From a virus: a stretch of 64,000 nt of DNA. The notes below the pieces were generated by a model. The model made no database searches. It was not told where the DNA came from and saw only the letters and a program-made list of their open reading frames with translations. Positions 17,434-26,833 of this stretch are shown here, piece by piece. Each line of letters starts with the position of its first letter. Within the stretch, counting starts at the first letter, position 1. The DNA is taken from positions 1 to 64,000 of IMG/VR virus record IMGVR_UViG_3300035148_000415. One strand, given 5' to 3'. The position numbers and the translations under genes were made by a program.

Positions 17434-18067
17434 CAAGATCGCGGAGCTGATGTCCGCGGATCCCGTGGTGAAGAGCCTCATGCTCGAGGTGTTCGGCAAG
17501 TCTGACGCCGGGACGATCGACACGGTGATGCGCTCTTCGAACAGGGTCGTGGTGTCCAAGACGGCCTCCGCGCCTCCTGCGAGGCTCCGCCTGTCGGTTG
17601 CCGCCCCGGAACCGGCGGCCGCAGCGGTCTCCAAGGGGGACGACGCAGGGGACCTCGAGGACATCACCGTCACAACGGAGTTCTCCAAGACCGATGACGA
17701 GCGGCGCACCGTGTTCGGGTGGGCGTCGATCACCGAGGTGAACGGCGAGCCTGTCGTGGACAGGCAGGGCGACATCATGGACATCGAGGAGTTGTCGAAG
17801 TCGGCGTACGAGTACGTGGTGTCGTCCAGGAAGGGCGGGCACCAGCACAAGCGCTCAGAGACCGGGGAGCCGCTGCAGGTGTCCGACATGATCGAGTCGG
17901 TGGTGTTCACCCCGGAGAAGATCGAGAAGATGGGGCTGCCGCCGAGCACGCCGATCGGATGGTGGGTCGGCTACAAGGTGCGCGACGACGAGATCTGGAA
18001 GGCCGTCAAGGACGGGGAGATCACCGGGTTCTCCGTGCACGGGAAGGGCAGAAGGGTCAAGGTGTAG
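17426..18067 (+). CDS. prohead protease, XkdF-like (Peptidase_S78_2-type)
   Basis: C-terminal two-thirds matches the B. subtilis XkdF pattern from memory: RTVFGWASI..VDRQGDIM..EEL..AYEYV..H....IESVVF..DDEIWKAVKDGEITGFSVHG. Confidence 0.75.
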   Translation: MTSKIAELMSADPVVKSLMLEVFGKSDAGTIDTVMRSSNRVVVSKTASAPPARLRLSVAAPEPAAAAVSKGDDAGDLEDITVTTEFSKTDDERRTVFGWASITEVNGEPVVDRQGDIMDIEELSKSAYEYVVSSRKGGHQHKRSETGEPLQVSDMIESVVFTPEKIEKMGLPPSTPIGWWVGYKVRDDEIWKAVKDGEITGFSVHGKGRRVKV

Positions 18068-18069
18068 CG

Positions 18070-18627
18070 ATGCCTGCCGACGAGACGCTCATGTGGAGGG
18101 CGAACCCGGTCTCTGCTGCGAACATGTTCGCTTCTGCGGCAAACTACAACCACGTGTACAGGACGCGCTGGCTGCGACGGAAGAGGCCCGGAGTGACACA
18201 GGCGAACGCTCTGCTGACCGTTTACACGCCGCTGCACTACGGGACGGGGTCGGTGCTCATCGGAAAGGCCGACTGCTTCGAGGAGAGCCTGACGACCGTG
18301 TCGAAGATCTCGGAGAACGAGCGCAGGATCTCTCTCGCCACGAGCGCCGGCGGAGCCATCGCCGCTCCTGGCCTGATGTACATGGCCGTTCGCAGTGCGA
18401 AGAACAACGAGGGCGGCGTGCCGCGCGCGATGGCGAGGCTCGCCGGGACGAACAAGCACACGAAGAACACCAAGGCCGGGAAGAAGCTGAAGCGGCTGGC
18501 CGACAAGCTCGACTCGCCGAAGTCGTTGCGGTGGAAGCGCGCCGCGCTCGCTGCCGGAGCGGGAGGCGTCGCTCTGCAGGGCCTGAACAGCCTCGGTGAC
18601 AGCATCACGGCGAGGGCGATGTCGTGA
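18070..18627 (+). CDS. basic protein with two Gly/Ala-zipper segments
   Basis: 185 aa; SLATSAGGAIAAPGLMYMAV and RAALAAGAGGVALQGLNSLG. Confidence 0.6.
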   Translation: MPADETLMWRANPVSAANMFASAANYNHVYRTRWLRRKRPGVTQANALLTVYTPLHYGTGSVLIGKADCFEESLTTVSKISENERRISLATSAGGAIAAPGLMYMAVRSAKNNEGGVPRAMARLAGTNKHTKNTKAGKKLKRLADKLDSPKSLRWKRAALAAGAGGVALQGLNSLGDSITARAMS

Positions 18628-18694
18628 CCGGTGCGGAACTTGTGCGGTGTGTGGTTGACTCGCCGAGAAGGATCATTCCGAATGGAGCGGCGCT

Positions 18695-19477
18695 ATGGTG
18701 ACGAAGTTGGAGGCGATGACCTTCGACGAGGTTTCGCTCGTGCGTAGACCTGCGAACCAGCACGCATCTATTGTGTTCAGCAAGGCGGATGAAGGAGACG
18801 ACATGCCGGGCATTCTGTTCACCGAGGACGGCGTCGAGGTGGATATCGACGACCTGGAGATCGGAACCGAGATCGAGCTGGACGACGGGCAGATCTACAC
18901 CGTGGTCGCGGCCGACGACGAAGGCGACGAGGGCTACGAGCAGCTCGAGTTCGAAGGCGCGGATGCCGACTACGGGAAGTCCGAGGACTACGCGGCCGTC
19001 ATCGCGAAGGCCTATGAAGCCGCAGTCACCGACGAGGAGCGGTCGGAGCTGCTCGGCCATGTCGCGAAGAGCGCCGCTCTGGCGAAGGCCCAGGCGGATG
19101 CCGCTGTGCAGGCGCTGGCCGCGCAGGAGGACGCCGAAACCTTGAACTGGTGCATCAGCAAGGCCGACGAGTACGGGTTCGCGGGGAACCGGACAGAGAT
19201 GTTCGGCGTGTGCATCGCGAAGATGATGACCGTCCTTGACGACGACGAGCTCGGCCTGATGGGCGACATCTTCAAGTCGTTCTCCGACCTGATCGACATG
19301 ACCAACATCGGTGTCGAGTCCTCGGGCTCGTCCGACGTCATGGACCTCGTCCACTCGGCGGCCGGCGACATCGTGAAGAGCTCCGAGGGCGCCCTGTCGC
19401 CGGAGCAGGCCATGGCAGCAGCCTTCGAGGCTAACCCCGAGCTGTACGCGCTCTACCTGGACGAGAAGGGAATCTGA
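18695..19477 (+). CDS. scaffolding protein (candidate)
   Basis: Very acidic 260-aa helical protein between protease and capsid genes; N-terminal EVSLVRRPANQHA motif resembles the N-terminal motif of XkdF/protease-scaffold families. Confidence 0.65.
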   Translation: MVTKLEAMTFDEVSLVRRPANQHASIVFSKADEGDDMPGILFTEDGVEVDIDDLEIGTEIELDDGQIYTVVAADDEGDEGYEQLEFEGADADYGKSEDYAAVIAKAYEAAVTDEERSELLGHVAKSAALAKAQADAAVQALAAQEDAETLNWCISKADEYGFAGNRTEMFGVCIAKMMTVLDDDELGLMGDIFKSFSDLIDMTNIGVESSGSSDVMDLVHSAAGDIVKSSEGALSPEQAMAAAFEANPELYALYLDEKGI

Positions 19478-19479
19478 CC

Positions 19480-19899
19480 GTGGCTTACTCGGAGCAGCTT
19501 GAAAGGCGGACGTACCTCGCGGGCCCGTCCGTGGTGAAGTGGGTCGGAGTCCCCGGCATGCCGGGCTCCATCGAGCCGAACGTCGGCACCCAGTACCTTC
19601 TCGTCAAGCTCGATACCGCGAACAAGGACGTCGTCGAGCTCGCCACCGGTGCAGCCGGGGAGGTCGTCGTCGGAGTGACCACCACGAAGTCGCAGCATCC
19701 GAAGATGCCTGTGGCCGTGGCGTTCTCCGGCCGCGTCCCCGTGCAGGCCGGCGCGGCGCTGGCGTACGGCGACTACGTCAAGCCCGGACCCGGCGGCCAG
19801 GCCGTCGTCGGTACCAAGGCTGACGGAATCGGGATGGTCGTCGAAGCAGCTTCGGCGAAGGGCGTTCTCGCCACGATCGAACTTTCGCTGGGAAGGTGA
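19480..19899 (+). CDS. head decoration protein (DUF2190-like)
   Basis: 139-aa Gly/Val/Ala-rich beta-type protein immediately upstream of a gpE-like capsid gene; GTG start. Confidence 0.65.
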   Translation: MAYSEQLERRTYLAGPSVVKWVGVPGMPGSIEPNVGTQYLLVKLDTANKDVVELATGAAGEVVVGVTTTKSQHPKMPVAVAFSGRVPVQAGAALAYGDYVKPGPGGQAVVGTKADGIGMVVEAASAKGVLATIELSLGR

Positions 19900-19906
19900 C
19901 TGAGAA

Positions 19907-20887
19907 ATGACACAGCCAGTTGGCGGCGACCTCCATGTCGATCAGGTTCTGACGAACTTCTCGGTCGCGTGGTCGCAGAGCACGAACGACTTCATCTCGA
20001 GCAAGGTGTTCCCGCGCCTGCCGGTGGACAAGCGGACCGACCGCTACAGGGTCTACAACAGGGCGCAGATGCGTTCCGTCGGAGGCGTGTTCAAGCGCGC
20101 TCCCGGCACCGAGTCCCGCGGGATCGGCTGGACGTCCACGCACGAGACCTACCACGTCGACCCGTACGCGGTGCATGTCGACCTCGACGACCAGACGTTG
20201 GCCGAGGCCGATGATCCGCTGAAGCTGCCGAGGCAGGCGACCTCGCTCATCACTCAGCGCCTGCTGCTGAGCAAGGAGCTCGACTGGCACGAGAAGTTCT
20301 TCAAGCCCGGCGTGTGGGACAACGAGCCGACTCCTGCCGAGATGTGGGACGACGCCGCGTCGGATCCGATCAGCGAGGTCGGGCACTGGGTCGACCAGTT
20401 CGCGCTGCAGAACGCGAAGGCCCCGAACGTCATGATCATCGGGGTCGACGTGTGGCGCGCGCTGCGCAACCACCCCGACCTCGTGGACAGGATCAAGTAC
20501 ACGCAGCGCGGCCTGGTCACGGCAGACCTCATCGGCGCGGCGTTCGAGATCCCGACCATCCTCGTGTCGCGCGCGTCCTGGGTTCCCGACTACGAGGAGC
20601 GCGGGTCCGCGAAGGAGGACAACGACAACGCCCCCGACTTCAGGTACATCACCAACCCCAAGGGCATCCTCCTGACGTATTCGACGGATACGCCGCAGGA
20701 CATGGAGCCTCTTGCGGGCCTGTCGATCACCTGGAAGGGCTACTTCGCCGGCAACTCCCAGGGGATCCGCATCAAGCGGTTCCGCCAGGAGGCCATCGAG
20801 TCCGATCGCATCGAGGGCATGATCACCTACGAGCACCGTCAGGTCGCTCCTAGCATGGGGCTTTACGTAGACCAACTGGTTGCCTGA
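19907..20887 (+). CDS. major capsid protein, lambda gpE-like family
   Basis: 326 aa; size, position and N-terminal VDQVLTNFSVAW..SKVFPRLPV.. pattern typical of Phage_cap_E proteins. Confidence 0.8.
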   Translation: MTQPVGGDLHVDQVLTNFSVAWSQSTNDFISSKVFPRLPVDKRTDRYRVYNRAQMRSVGGVFKRAPGTESRGIGWTSTHETYHVDPYAVHVDLDDQTLAEADDPLKLPRQATSLITQRLLLSKELDWHEKFFKPGVWDNEPTPAEMWDDAASDPISEVGHWVDQFALQNAKAPNVMIIGVDVWRALRNHPDLVDRIKYTQRGLVTADLIGAAFEIPTILVSRASWVPDYEERGSAKEDNDNAPDFRYITNPKGILLTYSTDTPQDMEPLAGLSITWKGYFAGNSQGIRIKRFRQEAIESDRIEGMITYEHRQVAPSMGLYVDQLVA

Positions 20888-21738
20888 TGTCTGTGGACGA
20901 CAGGAACTGGGCACGCCCAGTCGTCTACAAGGTGCGTAGGCGGTGCTCGATACACGGTGTCGCGCACCAGCCTGGCGACGTGCTGACCGATGATGTCGCT
21001 TCCACGCTGAACCTGAACAGGCTGGTGTCCAGCGGCGTGCTCACCGTCGTCCTCGATCCGTACTTCAGGCGCGGGTACGACGAGGGCGTCCAGCCGATGC
21101 CTGTCACCGTCCCTCCGGGGAAGCGGCCGAGGGCGCTGGCGACGCAGGCGACGGCGGGAACTCCGGGATCGTTCGGCAGCGGCAGGGTTCCTTCGAACCT
21201 AGGTGAGATGACCGGAGTCACCGCAGTCCCGGCCAACGCCTGGAGCCCCACCGAGCGCGTGGTGCTGGGCGACGGGTCGAAGGCGCGATGGACCGGGACC
21301 GCGTGGGCGGCCTGGATCACTCCGCTGGCCTCGATCGCCGTCACCCCTGCGACCGCGACGCTGGCGACCACCACGGGGACGCAGCAGCTGGCTGCTGCTC
21401 CGGTCCCCGCGGACGCTCCGCTGGGGACGGTGGCATGGACGTCGTCCGATCCGACCAAGGCGACGGTGGGAGGCTCCACCGGCCTCGTCACCGGCGTCGC
21501 AGCGGGTACGGTCACGATCACCGCGGCTTCGGGCAGCGCCCGTGGTACGGCCACGATCACTGTTCCTGCAGCGGCTCCTGCTCCTGCTCCTCCGCCGGAC
21601 CAGCTGAGCGACGGGCCGGGCTCCTCGGAGGATGTCGTCGTCGAGGTGTCGAAGGACCCCGAGACGGCGTCGAAGAAGCGCCGCAGCCGCTCCTCTGCGG
21701 ATAGTGTTGTCCCAGTGCAGGAAGGACCTGCCGAGTAG
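20887..21738 (+). CDS. Ig-like (Big_2) domain protein, probable capsid/virion surface protein
   Basis: Big_2-like IAVTPATATL..GTQQL..VAWTSSDPTKATV..GLVTGVAAGTVTITA..GTATITV at nt 21328-21564; Pro/Ala linker. Confidence 0.7.
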   Translation: MSVDDRNWARPVVYKVRRRCSIHGVAHQPGDVLTDDVASTLNLNRLVSSGVLTVVLDPYFRRGYDEGVQPMPVTVPPGKRPRALATQATAGTPGSFGSGRVPSNLGEMTGVTAVPANAWSPTERVVLGDGSKARWTGTAWAAWITPLASIAVTPATATLATTTGTQQLAAAPVPADAPLGTVAWTSSDPTKATVGGSTGLVTGVAAGTVTITAASGSARGTATITVPAAAPAPAPPPDQLSDGPGSSEDVVVEVSKDPETASKKRRSRSSADSVVPVQEGPAE

Positions 21739-21747
21739 GAGGTCCCG

Positions 21748-21945
21748 ATGGGCAGCCGCAGAACGGCCGGCAACGTCCGTGGAACGACGCTCGCGCTCGG
21801 TCCGGACGCGTACGTCGTGCAGAAGTCGTTCGCGTTCAAGGGTGTCGGGTACAGGCCCGGGGATCCTGTCAGCGAGGACGTGTTCAACCACAGGCGCTTC
21901 GAGAACCTCGTGTCCTCGGGGATGGTGAAGGCGGTGCGAAGGTGA
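21748..21945 (+). CDS. small protein paralogous to the N-terminal domain of 20887-21738
   Basis: GVGYRPGDPVSEDV..FENLVSSGMV vs GVAHQPGDVLTDDV..LNRLVSSGVL. Confidence 0.55.
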   Translation: MGSRRTAGNVRGTTLALGPDAYVVQKSFAFKGVGYRPGDPVSEDVFNHRRFENLVSSGMVKAVRR

Positions 21946-23789
21946 CCAGCAGGCAGATCGTGTCCGAGTCCGGGTTCGTGATCGGGCATTTCGATCCGAA
22001 GGACGACAGGCCGGTCATCACCGACGTGATGCTCGGGGAGTCCTACGCATCGGCGCTGGAGGTCGTGTTCTCCAAGTCGACCACCGGCCAGCAGACGGCT
22101 GCGACCACTGCTGCCGCTGCCACTGCTGCAGCTGCTGGCGCCGCTGCGGCCACGGCGGCTGCCAAGAAGAAGGGCGAGAAGGTCGCGGGCGATCCGCGCC
22201 CCACTCCTCCTGCTCCGAACCTGGATGACAAGAAGCGTGCCGAGAACTACGCGCGGAAGCGCGAAGAGAGGCGGCGCAAGGCGAGGTCCGAGCGCGTCGG
22301 GTCGTGGCGCGGGATGGGCAGGGAGATCGGCGAGCGCAGGCTGACTGCCCTGATGAACCTCGATGCCGAGGTCAACTCCAAGCGCGCGGTCTCGGACCGC
22401 TACTGGTCCGGCGCAGGGCAGCAGCCGAAGCAGGGCCTGGTCGCCGACATCATGCCGAAGACCCGCACGGGGAAGATCGCCCTCGCGGCAGCGGTGCCCG
22501 CAGCGGTCCTCGCGTACGGGAACAGGGAGCGGCTCGGCAGGCAGTACGGCAGGAGCAGGGATGTCAGGAGGTACCGTCCGGCCTCCCCGTACTACGACCG
22601 CGGCATCGGCAAGTCCGACCTCTCCGATGTGTCGAAGGTGTTCGGCTCCACCGAGCGCATCACCCGCAAGGCGAAGAAGCTCGAGCTGAAGAACGCCGCA
22701 ACGGAGCGGCTGGCTGCCGCCGAGCAGCGCAAGCGCCTGAAGGGTCCGGTGCCTCCCAGCGCCTACGAGAACCGCATGGCCGTGGCTCGCGATCTGCGCA
22801 GCCTCCTGCCTGCGTCGAGGACCGGGAAGATCGCACTGGTGGCCGCCGCACCGGCGCTCGTGGCCGCGTCGAGGATCAACAAGGGCGTGCTGTCGTCCGC
22901 CGCAGGGCGCGTCGGTGCGAAGGTGAAGGCCGTGTACCCCGCCGAGTCCATCAAGGAGTTCCGCACCGGCCTCGGACACAAGTACCGGGGCGAGGAGCTG
23001 TACCCGGGCACCCCGGCGAAGACCGAGTTGAAGTACGTGGAGAAGCCGGACGGGACCACCGGCAAGCGCAGGCAGCGCGTCGAGGTGTCGCCGGCAGTTC
23101 CCGAGGAGTGGGGCCGGGCGCAGAAGTACGGAGGAAGGAAGGCCGATGCGAAGCAGAAGGCGGCCACGCCGACTCCTCAGGAGCGCGTCGCGTCCGTGAC
23201 TCCGGCGGACGTCACCGCTGCGGCCATGGCTGCTGGAGGGGCGTACAAGTTCCTGGCCATGCGCAGGGCCGCGAAGATCGCTGCGAAGAACCAGGCGCTG
23301 CGCGAGGCGGCGGACCGGAGGATGATGCGCAGGGCCGTGGCGTACGGCGTACCGGCGACTGCCGCTGCGTACGGGGCGAGCAGGATGCTCACTCCGGACA
23401 GGGTGGAGAAGGGCTTCGTCGGTTCTGCGATGGGGCGCAACTTCCGCTCCGCACGTGCGGCCCGCGCTGCTGCAGCGGCCCCTGCCGCTCCGCAGCCGAA
23501 GGCCTGGGACGACATGAACTTCGGGGAGAAGCTCGTCCACGGGTCCGGCAAGGCGGCGGAGGCCGTGGAGGGCATCACCGCCACGATGGCGCAGACGTCG
23601 CGGAACATCAACCGTTCCGTGCTGGACCTCAGGAAGGCGCGGCAGGGGCTGTACACCCCTGGTCCGAAGCGGCCTCCGATGACCACCGAGCGGAAGCTCG
23701 CCCTCGCAGGCGGAGCGCTGGCCGGAGGGGCGGGGTACAGCATGTACAGGAACAACAAGGCCAAGGGCTACCAGCAGCAGTTGGGGTGA
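21942..23789 (+). CDS. very basic Ala-rich protein (615 aa) with repeated Gly/Ala hydrophobic segments
   Basis: GTGA overlap; RTGKIALAAAVPAAVLAY and RTGKIALVAAAPALVAAS repeats, LALAGGALAGGAGYSMY near C-terminus. Confidence 0.7.
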   Translation: MTSRQIVSESGFVIGHFDPKDDRPVITDVMLGESYASALEVVFSKSTTGQQTAATTAAAATAAAAGAAAATAAAKKKGEKVAGDPRPTPPAPNLDDKKRAENYARKREERRRKARSERVGSWRGMGREIGERRLTALMNLDAEVNSKRAVSDRYWSGAGQQPKQGLVADIMPKTRTGKIALAAAVPAAVLAYGNRERLGRQYGRSRDVRRYRPASPYYDRGIGKSDLSDVSKVFGSTERITRKAKKLELKNAATERLAAAEQRKRLKGPVPPSAYENRMAVARDLRSLLPASRTGKIALVAAAPALVAASRINKGVLSSAAGRVGAKVKAVYPAESIKEFRTGLGHKYRGEELYPGTPAKTELKYVEKPDGTTGKRRQRVEVSPAVPEEWGRAQKYGGRKADAKQKAATPTPQERVASVTPADVTAAAMAAGGAYKFLAMRRAAKIAAKNQALREAADRRMMRRAVAYGVPATAAAYGASRMLTPDRVEKGFVGSAMGRNFRSARAARAAAAAPAAPQPKAWDDMNFGEKLVHGSGKAAEAVEGITATMAQTSRNINRSVLDLRKARQGLYTPGPKRPPMTTERKLALAGGALAGGAGYSMYRNNKAKGYQQQLG

Positions 23790-23795
23790 TGCGCC

Positions 23796-24308
23796 ATGCC
23801 TATCCCGGAGAGCGCGGACAGGTGCACGTACAGCGGCGATCCTTCGACGACGCTGCGCGATCAGGTGCGGTTCTGGTCGCAGGACACCGATCCGAACTTC
23901 TGGCTGCTGACGGATTGGGAGATCGATTACCTGATCGAGTTCAACACGCTGAACACCACGGACGACCCGCTGTGGATCGCCTCTGTCGCATGCACGGTGA
24001 TCGCCAGCAAGTTCACCCGCGAGGTGTCGGTGAGCGCCGACGGGGTGAGCGTGGACGTCGGATCGCTGCAGCGGAAGTACCTCGACCTCGCAGCTTCGCT
24101 GCGCGACGCGTTCGACGAGACGAACGGCAATGTCGAGCTGCCGACGCTGGCGCTGCCGATGGCGACGTGGGCCAGGGACTGGTCCTCGCCGCCGCTGCTG
24201 TTCGGCATCGGCATGAGCGACAACTTCGAAGCGGGCCTGCAGGACTACGGGTGGCGCAGGCTCGGACTCTCCCCGATACCTTCGGACAGGGTCGAGGAGG
24301 AGTTCTGA
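23796..24308 (+). CDS. head-tail connector/adaptor (candidate)
   Basis: Synteny (first of four small genes before major tail); LRDQVRFWSQDTD..LLTDWEIDYLI pattern resembles gp6-like connectors. Confidence 0.5.
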   Translation: MPIPESADRCTYSGDPSTTLRDQVRFWSQDTDPNFWLLTDWEIDYLIEFNTLNTTDDPLWIASVACTVIASKFTREVSVSADGVSVDVGSLQRKYLDLAASLRDAFDETNGNVELPTLALPMATWARDWSSPPLLFGIGMSDNFEAGLQDYGWRRLGLSPIPSDRVEEEF

Positions 24309-24733
24309 TGGCGGCGCTCGGCACCGGGCTGGTGAACCATCAGCTGGTGTCACAGTTCGTGCGCAGGTACACGCGCTCCAACATGACGGCGGCGGTGCGG
24401 GTCTGGCGCGGTTCGCACCCGGACGCCTCTGTGCTCTACGAGGGCCCTGCGAGGGTCGCGCTGCTGGCCGGGGCCGTGCAGATGGGGTTCGGCGACGAGC
24501 CGCAGTACATGGTCTCAGGGACGGTGTACATCCCGCGCGAGGATCCGGCGACGGGCGTGCTGCTCGACGTGATGGTGAACGACACCGTGGTGGTGCTGTC
24601 CCAGCAGGACCCTGCCGCGGTGGGGCGCACGATGCGCGTGATGCACGTGAACGCCGCAGGGCAGTGGAACAGCTCCATCGAGCTGTCGGTGATGGGTGCC
24701 GAGCCGTCTCCGACGGGGACGCACAGGGGGTGA
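24308..24733 (+). CDS. head-tail joining / head closure protein (candidate)
   Basis: TGATG overlap; 141 aa; synteny only. Confidence 0.45.
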   Translation: MAALGTGLVNHQLVSQFVRRYTRSNMTAAVRVWRGSHPDASVLYEGPARVALLAGAVQMGFGDEPQYMVSGTVYIPREDPATGVLLDVMVNDTVVVLSQQDPAAVGRTMRVMHVNAAGQWNSSIELSVMGAEPSPTGTHRG

Positions 24734-24734
24734 C

Positions 24735-25037
24735 GTGGAGATCGCAGCGATGGTGGCCGACCTCGAGCGCGCCATGGAGGAGCACAAGCGCGCCGCAGTG
24801 GACGGGGCCAGGAGGGCCGCGGAGGCGATGAAGGCCGCTGCGGACGCCCTCGCATCCCCCGCGTACGGCATCAGGGTCAATGCCAGGATCACCCCGCTCG
24901 ACGCCGGGGCGAGGTTGGACGTGTCCGTGCGGAAGTCGCCCAACGGCGTGGGCACGGTGTTCGGAGGCACGCAGGCGGTGGCTGCCGAGGTGAAGCGCCG
25001 GGCTGACGCTGTTGCGAAGGGGGACGGTCTTGTTTGA
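24735..25037 (+). CDS. neck/tail completion protein (candidate)
   Basis: GTG start 1 nt after upstream stop; 100 aa; synteny only. Confidence 0.45.
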   Translation: MEIAAMVADLERAMEEHKRAAVDGARRAAEAMKAAADALASPAYGIRVNARITPLDAGARLDVSVRKSPNGVGTVFGGTQAVAAEVKRRADAVAKGDGLV

Positions 25038-25497
25038 CATCGGCATCGTGACCGACGAGGTGCTGGAGCACCTCGAGAACGCCATGGCCCCGTTGATGGT
25101 GGGGGACGGCGTCGCACCGGCCGCAGCAGGCTGGATCGAGGGGACGCCGAACTCCGAGGCCGGGTTCGTGGAGTACCTGGTGCTGAAGTACGCGGGATCG
25201 GCGGGCGGCGAGTTGGCGAACACCCCGCTGTGCTCGACGAACCCGGTCCTGTACCGGGTCGGCTATTCGCTGGCGTCGTACGCGCTGGACCGGAGGGGCG
25301 CGGACGCGCTCGCGGAGGCGAGCAGGGACGCCCTGGCCCTGCTGCCGGGGAGGTCGTCCGGCGGGGGCGACAGCACGTGGGCGTCGGTCGGTGCGTGGAT
25401 GGACTCGTTCTCCGGCGCGTCGAGGGACGACTCCACGAATCCGAAGCTGTGGACCGCGTCCACCAACTTCCATCTGAACGTGGCAAGGAACCGATGA
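25030..25497 (+). CDS. tail terminator (candidate)
   Basis: TTG 25030 (or TTG 25012) overlapping upstream stop; 155 aa immediately upstream of major tail gene. Confidence 0.45.
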   Translation: MFDIGIVTDEVLEHLENAMAPLMVGDGVAPAAAGWIEGTPNSEAGFVEYLVLKYAGSAGGELANTPLCSTNPVLYRVGYSLASYALDRRGADALAEASRDALALLPGRSSGGGDSTWASVGAWMDSFSGASRDDSTNPKLWTASTNFHLNVARNR

Positions 25498-25537
25498 GTA
25501 CAGGTACTGTTCCAGCAAGGCGAGAAGGAGAACTGAC

Positions 25538-26059
25538 ATGCGCGTAATCCCCAACGAGGAATCGTGGATCGGTTTCCTCCCGGACGTACTGCCCGCTGAC
25601 CTGTGCGCACCGACCGTGGCGGAGATCGGTGAATGCATCGACCTGACGTGCCTCACGTCGAGCATCAACGCGTCCGCGCAGGGCAACACGATCCCCACTC
25701 CGAGCCTCTGCACACTGTTCGAGACCTCGGTCCCCGGCACCAGCCAGGCGACGTTCCAGGCCGAGTTCTACCGCGACGGCGAGCTCGACTCGGGTTCCCC
25801 GCCCAAGCCGATCGACCTGGCGTGGAACACCCTCCCCCGCAAGGCCAAGGGCTGCTTCATCATCGCCAGGTTCGGCGTCCCCAAGGACGCAACCACGCAC
25901 ATGCCCATGCCGATCGCCGGAACCCCGGTGGAGTGCTGGCCGGTGGAGATCACCTCGCGCGGAGCGGGCCCGATGGCTTCCGGGACGCCGTTGGCCTTCA
26001 CCTGCGTCGCGGCCATCAACGTCGAGCCGTGCGAGGACGCCGTCGTGAAGGGTCCATGA
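25538..26059 (+). CDS. major tail protein
   Basis: 173 aa, AAGGAGAA SD in an unusually low-GC leader, followed by a strong hairpin and then the G/G-T chaperone pair and tape measure. Confidence 0.7.
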   Translation: MRVIPNEESWIGFLPDVLPADLCAPTVAEIGECIDLTCLTSSINASAQGNTIPTPSLCTLFETSVPGTSQATFQAEFYRDGELDSGSPPKPIDLAWNTLPRKAKGCFIIARFGVPKDATTHMPMPIAGTPVECWPVEITSRGAGPMASGTPLAFTCVAAINVEPCEDAVVKGP

Positions 26060-26073
26060 CCTTCGACACACCG

Positions 26074-26103
26074 TCAGAGCCGCGCACTTGTGCGCGGCTC
26101 TGA
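26074..26103 (+). terminator. perfect 14-bp stem hairpin after major tail gene
   Basis: TCAGAGCCGCGCAC-tt-GTGCGCGGCTCTGA; no clear U-tract. Confidence 0.6.
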
Positions 26104-26126
26104 TACTTGTAGGGCATGATGTTCGT

Positions 26127-26504
26127 ATGACGCAGAAGAAGCCTATTACGTTTGAATCGCTCATCGAGCAGAAGTTGCCGACCTCCAAGGTGACCGTGTG
26201 CGGAGTCGAGTTCGAGCTGCGTGCGCAGTCTTCGCGGACGCTGGACGACCTGATCACCAAGTACCCGCCCGAGAAGGACAGCTCGGAATCCTTCGGCGAC
26301 GGGCTGAGGTTCGAGCTGGTCGCGCTGTCCGTGACGAACGTCGAGCTGACGACCGAGCAGGCGAAGGAGCTCCTCGAGACCTGGGCCAGGCCCGACGTCG
26401 TGAAGCTGCAGTCGGCGGTGTTCGAGCTGAACTGGCTCGGATCGGAGGCCAAGCAGGTCCCTTTGTCAGGGACAGGATCCGAAGAGACTCCAGGTACGCC
26501 CTAG
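26127..26504 (+). CDS. tail assembly chaperone (gpG-like)
   Basis: 125-aa acidic protein between major tail and tape measure; contains slippery site near its 3' end. Confidence 0.8.
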   Translation: MTQKKPITFESLIEQKLPTSKVTVCGVEFELRAQSSRTLDDLITKYPPEKDSSESFGDGLRFELVALSVTNVELTTEQAKELLETWARPDVVKLQSAVFELNWLGSEAKQVPLSGTGSEETPGTP

Positions 26505-26833
26505 AGCTGAAGTGGTGCTCCGACCACGGGCTTCCGCATTCGCAGCTGCTGGAGTGGGACCCGGTGGACCGCGTGAAGCTGCTCGCGTGGCTGTCCGAGG
26601 AGTCCGAGAGGTGCCAGATGTGCGGCACGTCTGCGTACGAGTGGGAGTCCGACCCGTACTTCTACGCCCCTTCGGTCCACGTGTGCCAGGGGTGCGCGAT
26701 GAAGGAGAACTCCAGGGAGTCCGCCAGGGACGTCCCCGGCGGTACTGTGGTGCTGCTGTCGGGCGCTGCGAAGAAGGCTGAGCTGCAGCGCCAGGCCGAG
26801 CTGTACAGGGCTTCGCGGAAGAGGGACCGATGA
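26127..26833 (+). CDS. tail assembly chaperone, -1 frameshift fusion (gpG-T-like); join 26127..26465,26465..26833
   Basis: -1 frame is open from 26198 to 26833 and continues ..FVRDRIRRDSRYALELKW..; ends in ATGA overlap with tape measure start. Confidence 0.75.
26459..26465 (+). promoter_or_regulatory. -1 programmed ribosomal frameshift slippery heptamer C CCT TTG
   Basis: X XXY YYZ phase verified against the gpG frame (..K Q V P L S..). Confidence 0.75.

Noticed and set aside
20925-25223. Very long minus-strand ORFs (e.g. 20925-25223 at 1432 aa, 26662-32145 at 1827 aa, 7244-9220, 41314-44112, 9481-11097)
   Set aside because: These are typical shadow ORFs of a high-GC genome. They lie exactly antisense to + strand genes with recognisable motifs (capsid, tape measure, portal, polymerase). 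Their products are Arg/Pro/Gly/His-rich low-complexity strings, and the third-position GC bias follows the + strand frames.
25494-25547. 17-aa ORF (MSTGTVPARREGELTCA) coupled by ATGA to the preceding gene and overlapping the major tail start
   Set aside because: Only about 5 of 16 third positions are G/C. The stretch is the low-GC, SD-containing leader (AAGGAGAA) of the major tail gene.
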